This document shows, in pieces, positions 48,706 through 61,061 of a stretch of DNA of 64,000 nucleotides. Each line of letters begins with the position of its first letter. Positions within the stretch are counted from its first letter, which is position 1. The stretch comes from Orbicella franksi (taxonomy: Eukaryota). Location: assembly GCA_964199315.1 (NCBI GenBank), contig OZ116710.1:10602001-10666000 (forward strand), in the 5' to 3' direction. Position numbers and translations under genes: made by a program. The notes under the pieces were generated by a model. The model was not told the DNA's origin. It saw only the letters and a program-made list of their open reading frames with translations, and did no database searches.

Positions 48706-51700
48706 TTACTCAGTTAAGATTTTATTTGCACCTATTTGCATCTGATCTAGTTTCAGTTGATTTTCTTTAAGTTTCTCTTCCAGCAGTTTAGCTTTCCTTT
48801 GCTTCTCCTCCTTTGCCACTTGAAATTCAAGGTATTTAATAATACGCTGCCTTTCCATGGACCTTGCGAACTCCAACGCCGTTTTTCCTTCCCTGTTTTT
48901 CAGGAATACATCAGCTCCCTTGTCAACCAGCAAACGCACCAAATTAAAATGGCCGTTCATGGAGGCAGCCATTAAAACAGTCTTACCGGATTTGTCAATC
49001 TTGTTGATATCAGCACCTTTGGTAATGAGGACTTCCGCTACTTCGTCATTTCCAGTTAGGCACGCAACGCGCATTAAGGGTGTCCATCCGTTCACGCTGT
49101 CTTCTATGTCGACCGGACCTCCTTTCCGAAGCACCCATAAAAGGAGATCATCGTGCCCTCCGTCTGCTGTCCAGTGTACAGCGGTTAATCCATTTCTGTC
49201 ACGTGTTTCCCATAAGGCGCCGCGTTCACGGAGTAGCTTGGCTGCGTCTTCTTGGCCAGCATAACAAGCAACCATTAGGGCAGTCTTGCCGCTTGAGTTT
49301 GAATACTCAGGGTCAGCATTAAATTCCAGAAGTATTTCCATTACATCTGAATATAAATGAAAAGATCTAGTTAGACTATAAATTTTATACCTCACGGAAA
49401 TACTAAGAAAGGAAAAAAAGCAAATTAATATCAGAATAAATTATCTCAAGCCTGAGACTAGTTTAGACTTGGCGCCTATCTACTTCTAGACTATCCCAGT
49501 TAGTGTGACTTGGATTCTTTTATACCAGTCGTGTAATGAAATCCCTTATTAACCAAGCTTACCCCCACACTGGGAGAACATCGACCCCTGGTCTTTTCTT
49601 TACGGACCTCACAGTACTTGGTCCGTTCTGTCAAGATTTCGCGCCAATATTCTCCCAGTGCGGACCTCGAGCTCAGGCTAATAAGATGTATATAATCTGT
49701 GTGACTCCAACTCGCAAGGCAAATGCTGGAAAAAGAGACTGCTCTCGCAAGCTACCTCATTCACGCTTGTGCTCGAGTTTAGACGCGTTCTTAAATACCA
49801 ACCAGCTAGCCATTTAAAAACGTAAATAAAAAAATGGAAACATAGTTATCAAAAGCACTTCTTCCGCACGTCTAACGCAAAGGACGATGTTGCGATAAAC
49901 TTTTCTAATTTGCATCAGAATGCAATCCAACGTAAATACGAGGCAATTTCGGGCAGAAACTACAAACTGCCTCTGATGCAAATTGGATTTTACTGTACTT
50001 TTTCCGCCTACTTTGTTATTTTGCTCTCACGCGCTCCTCGACGGCTACTCGTGCTCAAGAGTGATAACGAGCATGCGCATGAAGCGTGATTGATGCTGTC
50101 TGGCGGAGCTTTTCTTTCCTTTCCCATCTTTCTTGCGCTCTCTGCAAGATTGCATATTGGACGCGAGAGACTGGGGACGGTCATAATTGCATACGACTTT
50201 TTCAAGTGGCAGCAGCCATGTCGAGGTTCTCTTTGTCCATTTTAACAAAACTCGTCGCATTAAGCCTGGTTTTTACTAGACGCAAACACAAGTGCAGGCA
50301 CAAGCAAAAACGTAAGCAATAGGGATGACCCAAGTAAAAACGAAATTCGACGCAAAGCACAAGCAAAATCATCCTAACCTTCCAAACCATTTAGGCGCGT
50401 GGTAATCTGGATCCAGCATTTTCACTGGCCAAACATAACCATGCTGGTAAATATCCTTGTGCCTGTGTTATGCCTGAGCGGTATTTCGTTTTCACTTGTC
50501 GCAGCGTAAACGCAAGCACAAGTGGAAGCACAAAAAAAAGGAAAAATATTTTATCCTTGAGCTTGTGCTTGCAATTGCACTAATGCCTGCGTCAAGGCCG
50601 TTTTCACGGTGAAATAAGAGTTATTGTGTTTGCGCTTGTGCTTGCGTCGCACGTGAAAAGCAAGCTTAAGAGGCTTAATTTAAACTGATTAGGGATTTTT
50701 TTCGAGAACAGGTCAGGTGAATCATATTGTACTAACATGTCCCAAGAGAGTCCATAATTAGTGTTTTCGATGACGTTACTCTTCTTTTCAGCTGACCTTT
50801 GCAATTACGTGACGCCTTTCCTTTTGTTTGACTTTACCAAACGCCTTCAGAATTTATAATGACATGATATGGATTCCCTAGCCTCCGTAGTCTGGTAAAC
50901 ATCTTGTTATGTGTCATTCGGGGTATTCAGTTTCAAATTCATTTCTGATATTCCGTCAAGTTTCGCTTGATTTAAGGCAGAAATCGAAGTCTAAAAATGA
51001 CTTTAAAATGGATCTTAGGCACAACACACCAAGTATACTACTAAGACTACTAATGAAGCAAATAAGTTTCGAAATTTGCATGTCGCGACCACCGCAGTTA
51101 AATAAAACTTGACAGACTTCAATTAAAGTAAAAAAATGATCAAAAACATGTCGGGCTGGATTAAATTTAGCCCACGAAGCTGACATTTGAGGTCAACAAA
51201 TCACATTTTTGTGAAAGATTTTTCGTTGTTGGGATACCCCCCAATTTTCCATGACATTATCAGCACGAAGCTGTAATATCTATCTTGTTTTATTTGAGAA
51301 AATAGTAGGGAAATACTGCATTAGAGCTGTTAAAAGAAAACCTGCTGTTTCGTTTAATTTTAGATATTCAGTTTCGCGATGTTGTTAAAAATAGAATAGC
51401 AGCGCATAAATGTTACTATTTAGGGTCTGAAAGCTTCTCGCTATGCAAATTCAAAATCCCGGTTCCAATAGCAAACAATAGGTTTCCTTTATGAACTAAC
51501 AATGTTTCTTTCCGGTCCACACTTTCAAAAAAGAAATTACACAAAATGAGGCAGATGGTGTGCTGTTGTCATTTTAATGAGAGTTCGGCCATATTTAGCT
51601 TTGTCTCAAAAGATTCTGAATCAACGCAATAAGAACCATCTAAATTACGTTTATTTCCTCTTTTTTTTGACGATTTGAAGAACAAGACAAAACCAGCAGA

Positions 51701-52802
51701 CAGAAAACCCTTAAATAGAATGGTTCGCCAACTTTTATTCAGCGAGTTTTTTTACACACAATTTCCTGATAAAACTCGTTCAAAATAATGCCCTGTAGCA
51801 TTAATCCAATACAAGATCGATCAATTCATTTGTTATTCCGATAAAAGGGGTAGACAAAACAGCGGAAATTTACGTTTTGAACAAAGGCAGGTAGAAAATT
51901 TCAGGTTTCAATTCCTGGTACAATGCCCTGGGGACGATTTTTCGCATTGCATCGAAATTCACTAATTAACTAGGTTCTTTAAAGATTTAAGGATCCAATT
52001 TATCAATAAAACCTTCTAGAAGCTTTCTTGTTTTGTTCAAACATGGTATTATATCAGTAGAGTGCAGCTTACTGTCATGTTGCAAACATCTTTAAAAGAA
52101 GTAAGGCAAAGTAGAATTAGAAAAATATCTCACTGGGATCAAATCTCCTTGTTTGATTCATGAGTCAGCAAGTGAACCACATTCAAGTGCAAATAGCATT
52201 TTCGCCATTGACTTTGCACACATAGATGGCGTGGAATGCACTGAAATTTGCATACATGCTCAAAACATGATTTGGAAAAAATTGACCCAAATCCTGTCTT
52301 TACTATCGGCAAGTATTACTCACTTACCTGTAAAGCCTTTTTGAGCCGCCACCATTAGCGGCGTCAATCCAAACTTATCCATCACCTCGACAACAGCGCT
52401 ATGTTCTTCCAGAATATGCCGAACCTTTTCCAAATCTTGCCTGGAGACCGCCTTGTGGAGCTCGGCTCCAGACGGCGGTTCGTTTGCTGTGCAGACAGTG
52501 ATCGGTTCGCTCCATCCGCTACTTCCTTGGCGATCGCTCTCGCCGTCCATTATCCGCAGCCGACAAAAATATTGAGTCATGGACTCTAAGCCCTTAAACA
52601 CATATTGTTGGCTGTAGCCCTGGTAGTTGGTGAGCGGATCAAGCATCGGCCCGCCTGGACAAGGGCTTCTTACGCGAGCCCTGTTCAACTGCACGTGAAA
52701 CAGTTTTCGCTTCTTGTTGTTGTTGTCGTTTTCGGGGTCTTCCCATTTCAGTTCAATGCTGTTATAATTTACTTCGCCCACCGTTAGCTCGGGCAGAGAC
52801 AT
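48706..52802 (-). CDS. FANK1: Fibronectin type 3 and ankyrin repeat domains protein 1, 371 aa, 2 exons
   Basis: Exon 52802-52328 (FN3: V..NSIELKW...YQGY..Y..KGLESMTQY..RL; first ankyrin repeat) and exon 49346-48706 (ankyrins SGKTALMVAC, GLTAVHW..DGGH, NGWTPLMRVA; coiled-coil tail). Phase-1 GT-AG intron; 1116 nt total. Confidence 0.88.
50264..50665. mobile_element. Harbinger-like MITE in the FANK1 intron
   Basis: GCCTGGTTTTTACTAGACGCAAACACAAG / CTTGTGCTTGCGTCGCACGTGAAAAGCAAGC with TWA-like flanks and (GCACAA)n subterminal motifs. Confidence 0.65.
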
Positions 52803-55048
52803 TTCAGTCGTTGAACAAACTCCGCGACGATTCCCTCTGCTATCTAACGCCTTTGATTGCTCCAGTGATTCAGGCAGCTCTCACCTGAGCTATTGAGTTC
52901 AAGAACTGTTAACTTGACAACGTTGACACGTAAAGATCTGCTTCTTAGCCACTGAAATGAATACTAATATGCGAAGTCGTCCGTCACGCGCGCGATCACA
53001 ACACGTAAGCTCCTTTACGCTCCTGGTCTACAGACCATAAATTAACACGAGTTAAACTGTGCAATATATATTGACATAAAATTCATCATCTGTACGGGGG
53101 GTATTAATTGTTCAATCTGCCGTCGCTAACTGAAATCTTCGCATTTCCAGCACGCTCTGCTCACGACGCCCTGAGGGATTTACAACTTTATTATAAATAA
53201 TTCAAGTTCCCGTTCCGTGATTATTTCTCGATCCACAAACCAGCGAACACAAATACTTGAATAAATATTAAATTTGTTTGAATTTACAGCAATTGTATCC
53301 AACGCCGGATTCGCCAGAACCCAAGGTTAAAATATACAAAACTTGTTAATTATTAACCTCTTTTAGAAATGACGATAAAAGGGTTCAGTTTATATTCAAG
53401 TTTATTGTCGTAATGAAAACAGCAAGGGTCTTCAAAAGCACCGTTATTGTTGCGGCTGTAACCAACGAGCCAATATATATTAAACAAACCTAAAAATGGG
53501 ATATTTGCGTCATAACTCAGGGTTCTAGAAGAGCTAGGAGTTACTGTCCATGCAGCGACTTTGTTTTAACTTAGTAAAAAGGAGAATCAGGTAAAGCTTC
53601 ATTGATGCTCAGGTCTAGCACGTTTGTATGATTTTTGCTTGCCAGCTTAGCACGTATGCCGACAAAAAAGGTGTAATATTTTCGTCCACAGTCCACATTC
53701 AGTCCTGGAGTTCGTTAAAGTGTCTGGATTTATCAGTTAATGAGATCAACGATTATTCAAATGAAAGCTATTGGGCAGGATAATTGCGTGTGGTTCTTTT
53801 GTTTCTCGATAGTTTGCAAAAAGGAAATTTGTGAATCAATTTAAAAGACTAGGGGCTTGAAACTGACTCTCCTTGGAGAGTAAAATCGTTATGACTTTTC
53901 TGGCCAGCGGATGCAGAAAGATTTTCTCGCGTTCGTCTGCTCGAGCGAAAATCAGTCTGCGTTATATGGTCATGAGTTTATTTATAAATTATTTGTCTCC
54001 TTTCCTTTACAATTAAGCACGAACTGCTGAAAGCATGTCTACTCTGACCTTTCAGTCCTCCAGGTCTATTTCGGTTTCAAACAGCTGGCCTCTAAAAACA
54101 TTACCCATAAATCAATGCGTAACCAGGCCTTCTCTGTCTTTCATATCTAAGATGGCGGTTACTCGGAGCAACTATCGTAATACCGCGTGAATCTTCTCAT
54201 TTGCTCAACGTGCTTGTCTGAGCTATGGCGAGTAGCGAGAGATTGGATCATATTCTCGCGAGCTAAAGTTTTGTCAACAACTCACAATAAGGTTACAAGA
54301 AAACTAAAAGATTAGCTTTGCAGACGGATTTATCTGTCTGTGGTTAGAGACCAGTGTTACATACGATTATAAGGTCTTATAAGGAGTACGTGAGCATCCA
54401 AGCGAATACGGTTTCATGAAGTGCATGGAATTTAAAGATTGAAACTGCCCTAGTATGTTGTGTGACGGATTGGTTCAAACTGCCGACGTTTGTTTATGGC
54501 GGTCACATTGGTGAAAAAGTTACAATCATACGATTTTTCTTGCTTTCTTGCTATTTTTCCGCCAATCCTTGGATCAGTGTTCAGTAGCGGACCTTTATCA
54601 CTTAGCAGAAGTGAACTCTTTTTGACCCAGCAGTTTTCTTCAACAAACCTTCACATTGCATTTTACTTTGCTCTGTGGAAATAAAAAACTTCTTGAAACT
54701 TGAAATCCTCTTTGGGATATTTTTCCTTGTTCATGGCCCGACATATAGCCTTATTTCTTTGTCAGTTAAGACACAAACCAGCTATACTAGTACTTGGAAC
54801 TACTTAATTCTGAGCAACAGCCAACCGCATCCACCGCCAGCAGCAGAAGGTACGTGGCGTTTGCGTGTGGACTGGGCTGAGCTGACAAACTGAGATGACC
54901 CATGCAAACCCTAATTAAGATTCTCTCTTACATTGTGCATAAAAAATTAGATTACTGGTTATCAGCATGAAAAGCAGTTTAATAAGTGTTGCATAATAGG
55001 TTCGTGTATTTACTAAACTGCACCAGCAACTTACAATTCCTCTTTATA

Positions 55049-55600
55049 TCATTCTTTTCCCTTAAAAGCGGAAAATTGCGCCATCTTTTCCACCAGTAAA
55101 GCGATCATATCTTCGTCACCTTTTTCTATCGCGATATGAAAAGGAATGTACTTCTCGATCGTTTCAGCGTACAGATCAGCTCCCTTGTGAATCAACAAGC
55201 GAACGAGTTCCACATGACCGCCAAGCACAGCCGCGTGCAGGGCCGTCCAATCCTCGTTATCCACAGTGTTAATTTTCGCGCCACAGTCTAACAATGCTCT
55301 CACACATTCTAGTCTCCCTTCGAAAGCCGCTTCGTGAATCAAAGGAACGCCACTTTTGTTCATTTCGCTGACCTTGATCCCTTCCTCCTGTACAATTCGA
55401 GGTATCTCGTCTGCTTTGTTGGTCATTACCGCCTCCCTGAGAGCGCAACTGTAGCTCCTGTGTCGTTCCGATTTGTACTTCAATTTCAGTTTATTCACAC
55501 ACATTTTTTCCGCGCTTTTCTTGACTTCTGAGTTGCCTGAACTCGCTCCATCCTCCCAGAAATCGATTTTTATTTTGGGCGTTTGCCTCTTTGTTGCCAT
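55049..55600 (-). CDS. Ankyrin-repeat protein, PPP1R27/PPP1R12-like (paralogue A), 183 aa, intronless CDS
   Basis: SGVPLIHEAAFEGRLECVRALLDCGA and DNEDWTALHAAVLGGHVELVRLLIHKGAD ankyrin repeats. Confidence 0.85.
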   Translation of the reverse strand: MATKRQTPKIKIDFWEDGASSGNSEVKKSAEKMCVNKLKLKYKSERHRSYSCALREAVMTNKADEIPRIVQEEGIKVSEMNKSGVPLIHEAAFEGRLECVRALLDCGAKINTVDNEDWTALHAAVLGGHVELVRLLIHKGADLYAETIEKYIPFHIAIEKGDEDMIALLVEKMAQFSAFKGKE

Positions 55601-56429
55601 TTAATCTATTGTAGGTTTCCAGCCTTGCTCTAATTGATCGTTGACGCTCAAAGCGAATCCGACTATTTTTTTTTTGATAAGGAATCCTGTACTTTCTTGC
55701 AAAAAGCTCGCGTGGGGTCTGTTTTCATCCGCTCGCGATCGGAGAAGAAAACACCCGTTTGTTTACACCAATTTACCCTCCGTGCGCTTTAGATTCTTGT
55801 CTCGGAAGAAGTAAGCTCACTGACTTTTAATAACAACTGTACTTTTGACGTGTATCAGACAATGGCACGTTCTCATGGGAGAGATTACCGGAGCGAGCTG
55901 TTTAGTATTCGACTAATTTTATGCAACTTTAAAAGCAAACAAAGTGTTTGCTTTTAAAATGCGAGAACTCATCTAAACCTAGTGATAATTTTTGGGCATT
56001 CTAGTCACGAAAAAGTTGGTTTTTTTGCCTGTTTTCGTGGTAGAATCTAAGATCCGAAGTGACGTGCATGTTGCTTTAAAGCCTTAATGAAATAACGGGC
56101 CTTAGCTAAGCCAGTTAATACTGCTTTTGTTCAGGCGTCGCGGCGTTAATTATGCGACATGAAAGAAAAATCTGTAAATTACGGCCATTTAATCGTTTAA
56201 ACAAACAAAACCCTTCTTACGCCGAAAAAGAAAATATTGCTTCCGGAAGCATACTGCCTGAGAATGGTAATTAAAATAATTATCTCGATCGAATTGTGTT
56301 AGACATGATGATACTCAGGATGTTTTCAAAAGCATGAATTTGTCTTGCTCAGAGCATAAACCTAATCCTCTTTAATGAAAAGAAAAATTAGAACAGTCCT
56401 AACAATACTGACTACTGACGTGTTTTTCC

Positions 56430-56850
56430 CCGAGGGGGGCGGGGCACTCCCTTATATGGGCTATATAGGTATGTGCGGCTACAAGGGGTATGGTTTTCGA
56501 GCGGTTTTGGTCTTAAAAAGGGTATAGATTTTGATCATTTTCACTCTGGCTTTTCACTCATTGGACACTTTGTTTACAAGGAATTATTTTTTCCGCGTCA
56601 ACATTGGCAAATGTGTAGCTCTTATAAAATGTTTATTCAAATGAAGCCAATTCTGGCTAGGGCGGTCATATATTAGAGCCGAATACTAATTTTAGAGGTC
56701 TGCAATGGGGTATCGGCGATTTTTCGCTCAGGTTTGAGAGAGGGTATGGAAAATCACAGATTTTGGTCTGAAATAAGGTGCAGGTTTACAAGCTCGTGCC
56801 GCAAACCCTCACCAAAAGCTTTGCGAAGTACCTCCCCCTGCCTCCCTCAC
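56430..56850 (+). mobile_element. GGGG..ACTCCCTTATATGGGCTATATAGG MITE family copy
   Basis: CCCG...CGGG termini; head near-identical to the copy at 20228. Confidence 0.7.
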
Positions 56851-57629
56851 CCGGGAGAGTTTAAGTACTGTCATAAAAAATGGTACAGTGCATTGAAAGG
56901 TGTCGCACAACTTTATTATTTATTTAGAATGTGTGGCTCAGTGGATTGCAGTGCAATTCACTGAGAAACGATAAGAAGTAAAATCGAACTCCCCGGCGCG
57001 TTTGGAGATGAAGACCCTGTTACATTGGCATCAGCAAGAGTCACTAAAAAAATGTCCACTATCATCACCAAAATCACGATCGGAGAAAAAATAATCAATC
57101 AACGTCAAATTATTCTGAAAACAGTTTCCACTCTTCCTTTACATTGCACTCGTACAATCCAAACTTACAAGTATCCTGCAATGCTGCCAGGCATAACATA
57201 CAAACTATGCAAAGGTCGGGTCTGCGTGAAGGTCAATTACAAAAGTAACAATGTTTCGGCTAAGATGATCACTCCCTGATTATCGGAAATTCTCTTTCCT
57301 AATTTCCATGTTATATTGCCAGCTGTCACTAAATATACAAATAAATTGTATAAAAAGATCCTACAGAGCAAAATAGAACAAACAGGAACGTAGCTAGTCT
57401 TTAAGCCATTAAGCACGGACTTAACAAGAATTTCTATAAATAATTTCTTTAGTAGCCGAAAGGCCATATTTTCTTTTTCTAACTATTCAATTACGAATCA
57501 CCGCTATATCAACGTTTCATTTTGAAAAACAAAACAATGACTTTCAATCTTATACATAAAAAAATACTGAAAGGTTATTAACAAAGCAGAACTTTGAAAT
57601 AGTTTTGCGCACGAAAATTTAGTTGACTG

Positions 57630-57663
57630 TTGTTTTTGTTTTTGTTTTTGTTTTTGTTTTTTT
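57630..57663 (+). repeat. (TTTTTG)n microsatellite
   Basis: Direct reading. Confidence 0.85.
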
Positions 57664-58417
57664 GGACGTTGGCAAAATTTGAAATACGACTTACGCTGTA
57701 TAATTGGGGCTTAAATGGAAAAAATGGCTGGCTACGCCCCTGACATAAATTTTGACTGAGAAGTACAGGATTACAAAGATGGAAGTGAATTACAGATCAT
57801 GAAATTTGTATTTTTTAATTTTTATTGCAAGTTGACAAAATAAAGTGAGTTTGTAGCAGTCTCCCCAGCTATACCTATTAAAATGCGATATCAGTCCCCT
57901 GCGGCACCCAGCGGATCTTTTCGGTAAATGATCTTTTCCGAATTGAAGGCCCTTTAATCCCTCTGATTTTCCTAAGTTAATTGTCACCTGGAACTTTTGT
58001 GATGTTTGTTGTTTTCGGATTGATGAAATTGTTGATTAGGTACCAAAAAAGAGGTCAGCTATGATTCTCGGAAAGACAATAAGACATAAGGTTTTCGGTA
58101 AATGGACAAAACTGCCTTATTTAAGGTTTCCACAGTAAATTAATGCTGACGACGATTATCAACCAGGCGATACAGGAAGGGAAAACGCTGCAAAAAAACG
58201 GTAGCGTTACGTAAGCACATCACTGAAAAAAGCACCGTTTCAAAAAAGCCTTAGTGTGGAAGGGGCCTTATTTAATGAGTTTTTTAGTATTCTTCGTATG
58301 TTTAGGCGCTTCAATCGAACGGTTTTAGAACGGATATCAACCGGTCGATGTTTTGCAGGAAGGAAAACGGCGTTGAGCTATTGAAAGTCCGAGAATCTAG
58401 GCAATCACATCATGTGT

Positions 58418-58725
58418 GGGAGGCGCGGTGGCCTCATGGTTAGTGTACTCGTCTCCGGATCGAGCGGTCCGGGTTCGAGCCCTGGCCGGTGACGTTGTGT
58501 TGTGTTCTTGGGCAAGACACTTTACTCTCACAGTACCTCTCTCTACCCAATTGTATAAATGGGTACCGGTGAACTTAATGCTGGGGGCAATCCTGCGATG
58601 GACTAGCATCCCATCCAGCGGGGAGTAGAAATACTCCTAGTCGCTTCATGCTACAGAAACCGGGATAAGCTCCGGCCTGATGGGCCACTTGGCTCGCATG
58701 CAGACTTTACCTTTACCTTTACCAT
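58418..58725 (+). mobile_element. Full-length tRNA-headed SINE (copy 3)
   Basis: (TTTACC)n tail; 9-bp TSD ATCATGTGT at 58409-58417 and 58726-58734. Confidence 0.9.
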
Positions 58726-58847
58726 ATCATGTGTATCCAGAGCCACCTTCTCCTAGAGCCAAGGCCCCTCCGGCTGAGAGAGACAGGCAGTGAGTGGTCG
58801 CCAGTCGTCTTTTAAGCGTCGACGGTCGAGAGAGTCTGGAAGAAACT

Positions 58848-59045
58848 AGCCTGCGTAGCAAGCGTTTCCGTGGGGTTTGGAAGCAAAGAAAGACCGAGGA
58901 ACGGGATTTTTGGTGTTTTGTCTGCGCGGAAAACTGAGGGCGAGAGCCAAAAAAACAGAAAGAGGGGGTGGGAGAGGGGAAGGAAGGAAACTTACTTCCT
59001 TCCCCTCCCCCTCCCCCCTCTTTTACTCGCTCCATTTTTCGCGCT
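58848..59045 (+). mobile_element. TAGCCTGCGTAGCAAGCGTTTCC-type element fragment
   Basis: TAGCCT head shared with the small hairpin family; internal GGGGAAGGAAGGAAAC/TTCCTTCCCC inverted segment. Confidence 0.5.
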
Positions 59046-60404
59046 GTAATACTTGAAGATCCGAAGCGGAGGGGATCATGGGATCCAATGAACTCAAAAG
59101 ACGACTGGGGACGAGTCAAGTAGGTAAATTTCTATTCGTACCCAGGCTCCTACGGTAGCGGGGGCGCTGAAAAAGGAGCTTGACAAACTAAGGAAACCAG
59201 ACATAAAATATAAACGATAAACATTAAAATGTTTGTTAAGGCGTTTCATACTATTTGCTTTAATTCATCTTTGAGAATATGGTTTTCTATCAAGCCAGAG
59301 GCGTTTATTTGTCTTGCCATTTACTGAACTAGAAGTCGAACAGAATAGGTTCATTACTAGAGTGTTCAAAGTCTGTGGGCTGCCACCCGAAGAGATGTAC
59401 ACGCGAATGATATAAAATGGCAATGCAAGATACTTTATTCCCGAGCTTGAGACAAGTCGAGTCACTTGAATTAGCGATAAAGTTTATGCCACTCGAGTCG
59501 CCGGAAATCCGGTCGCCAAGTGCTTCACACAACACCGAATTTAAAATAATCCATGAAAAACAATTGCGTGGCAAAACCTGAAAACCGCGAAAAAGTCACG
59601 TATATACTTTGTCTCTATTCCGCAATCAGCCGGGATGCGGTCTGTAAAATAATGCAAGACCATATCCCAGTTGGTTTCACAATGGAGACAAGCGGAGCAA
59701 CGAAAAATCTACTTTTTTCTTGGTGCAGCCGTGTTCAGACGGGAAAAGAGCATAAGCTTGTTGGGACTTGATTCTTTTCGCAAGGTCACGCGATGTCAGG
59801 TAAGCGGAATCACGTCACGAAGTGTATTCTTCGCCCACACACATGTTCACGAACCAGGAGAAGTAAGTCAGATATCCTAGGGTCATGTTTTTGATTGTTT
59901 TCTTCTTTATTCAGTTTTTGAAAAAAAATAATTCGAAACACGTCATTTGTCTTTTTCTCCAAGTTTGCAGAAACAAAGCCCTTCGTGGAAGCAGGAGTTC
60001 ACAGTTTGTTTTTGGAGGTAATGTTATTGTTGATTATCAAAACATCAGTGTTTTTTTAGTCGCTATCTTAGATTAGTTAAGCGGTTCTACAAACAATCAC
60101 CGTGCCCCCTTAGAATTCTTGAAAACAGCATTACAACATATATTAGCCTCGACTCGTTGTACACGCTCCCGTGATTTTTCTTTATTTTCAGCGGGCTACA
60201 AAAGGAATATTTTTCCGGTTCGTTTAAAGCTCGCACAAGCAAATCATTCAACATTGCTCTTGCCGATTTCAACTGGAGTAAGACCATGTCAGTATTGAGG
60301 TATTCGACCCTTCTCAGTCTTTGAATCCAGTTTATTGCCTGTGTGGAGAGCAGGTTGAAATAGAAGTGAATATCTTTGATCAGATAAATGCACGCCACAC
60401 ACAC

Positions 60405-61061
60405 ATGCTTTTGGCGCACAGTGTGATGGCTCAGGGCAACAAAAGAAGGGCCCATCTTTCTGAGACTGATGCAACTAGTTTGCCTTCTGGAACTTTCTTG
60501 TATCCGAAAACTGTTCTACCAAGAGCGGCGTCGACACCGGAATTACCACTGGAAATCCGCAGTGCCTCTCAAGATTACGCCGCAGAAGAAAAGAACGCGA
60601 GCAAAAGGAAATACAGTCGTCCTCGGAGTGTCAGTTTTCATCCAGACATACGGTTATATTACGCCGCCACCACCAACGATTTAGATGAGGTGAAGATGTT
60701 GGTGGAGTCGGGAATGGCTGATGTGAACGCCACAAACCCCGCCGAAGGTGCAACGGCGTTGCACGGAGCCGCGTACGAAGGAAACGTAGATTGCATTCGG
60801 TATCTTCTAGAAAACGGCGCTGACGTGAACGTGCAGGACGACGATGGTTGGACGTCGTTACACGCAGCTGTCTGTGGCGAGAAAAGGAAATGTGTTGAAC
60901 TTTTGCTAAAAGCGAACTGTGACCCTTTTGCTGAGACCATTGATGGATTGACGCCATTTCAGATGGCAATAGAAATGGCGAATGATAAACTTGTTAGACT
61001 GTTTGTGAAAAAGTTTAGTGTCATGATGGACGACAAATCTGTTCCCGAGACTTTTGTATGA
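60405..61061 (+). CDS. Ankyrin-repeat protein, PPP1R27-like PP1 regulatory subunit (paralogue B), 211-218 aa, intronless CDS
   Basis: First in-frame ATGs at 60405 and 60426; RVxF motif RSVSF just before ankyrins EGATALHGAAYEGNVDCIRYLLENGADVN and DDDGWTSLHAAV; ends ETFV*. Confidence 0.87.
   Translation: MLLAHSVMAQGNKRRAHLSETDATSLPSGTFLYPKTVLPRAASTPELPLEIRSASQDYAAEEKNASKRKYSRPRSVSFHPDIRLYYAATTNDLDEVKMLVESGMADVNATNPAEGATALHGAAYEGNVDCIRYLLENGADVNVQDDDGWTSLHAAVCGEKRKCVELLLKANCDPFAETIDGLTPFQMAIEMANDKLVRLFVKKFSVMMDDKSVPETFV

Noticed and set aside
48757-49322. Plus-strand ORFs of 72-135 aa (likewise 22755-23131, 33674-33892, 37282-37572, 60631-60969)
   Set aside because: Antisense shadows of real coding exons.
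54148-54190. AAGATGGCGG-headed gene start on the plus strand
   Set aside because: Only 12 codons to a stop and no downstream exons found.
59265-59574. Overlapping minus-strand ORFs of 66 and 81 aa between the ankyrin genes
   Set aside because: Non-ATG starts, no clear splice support and no recognisable motif.
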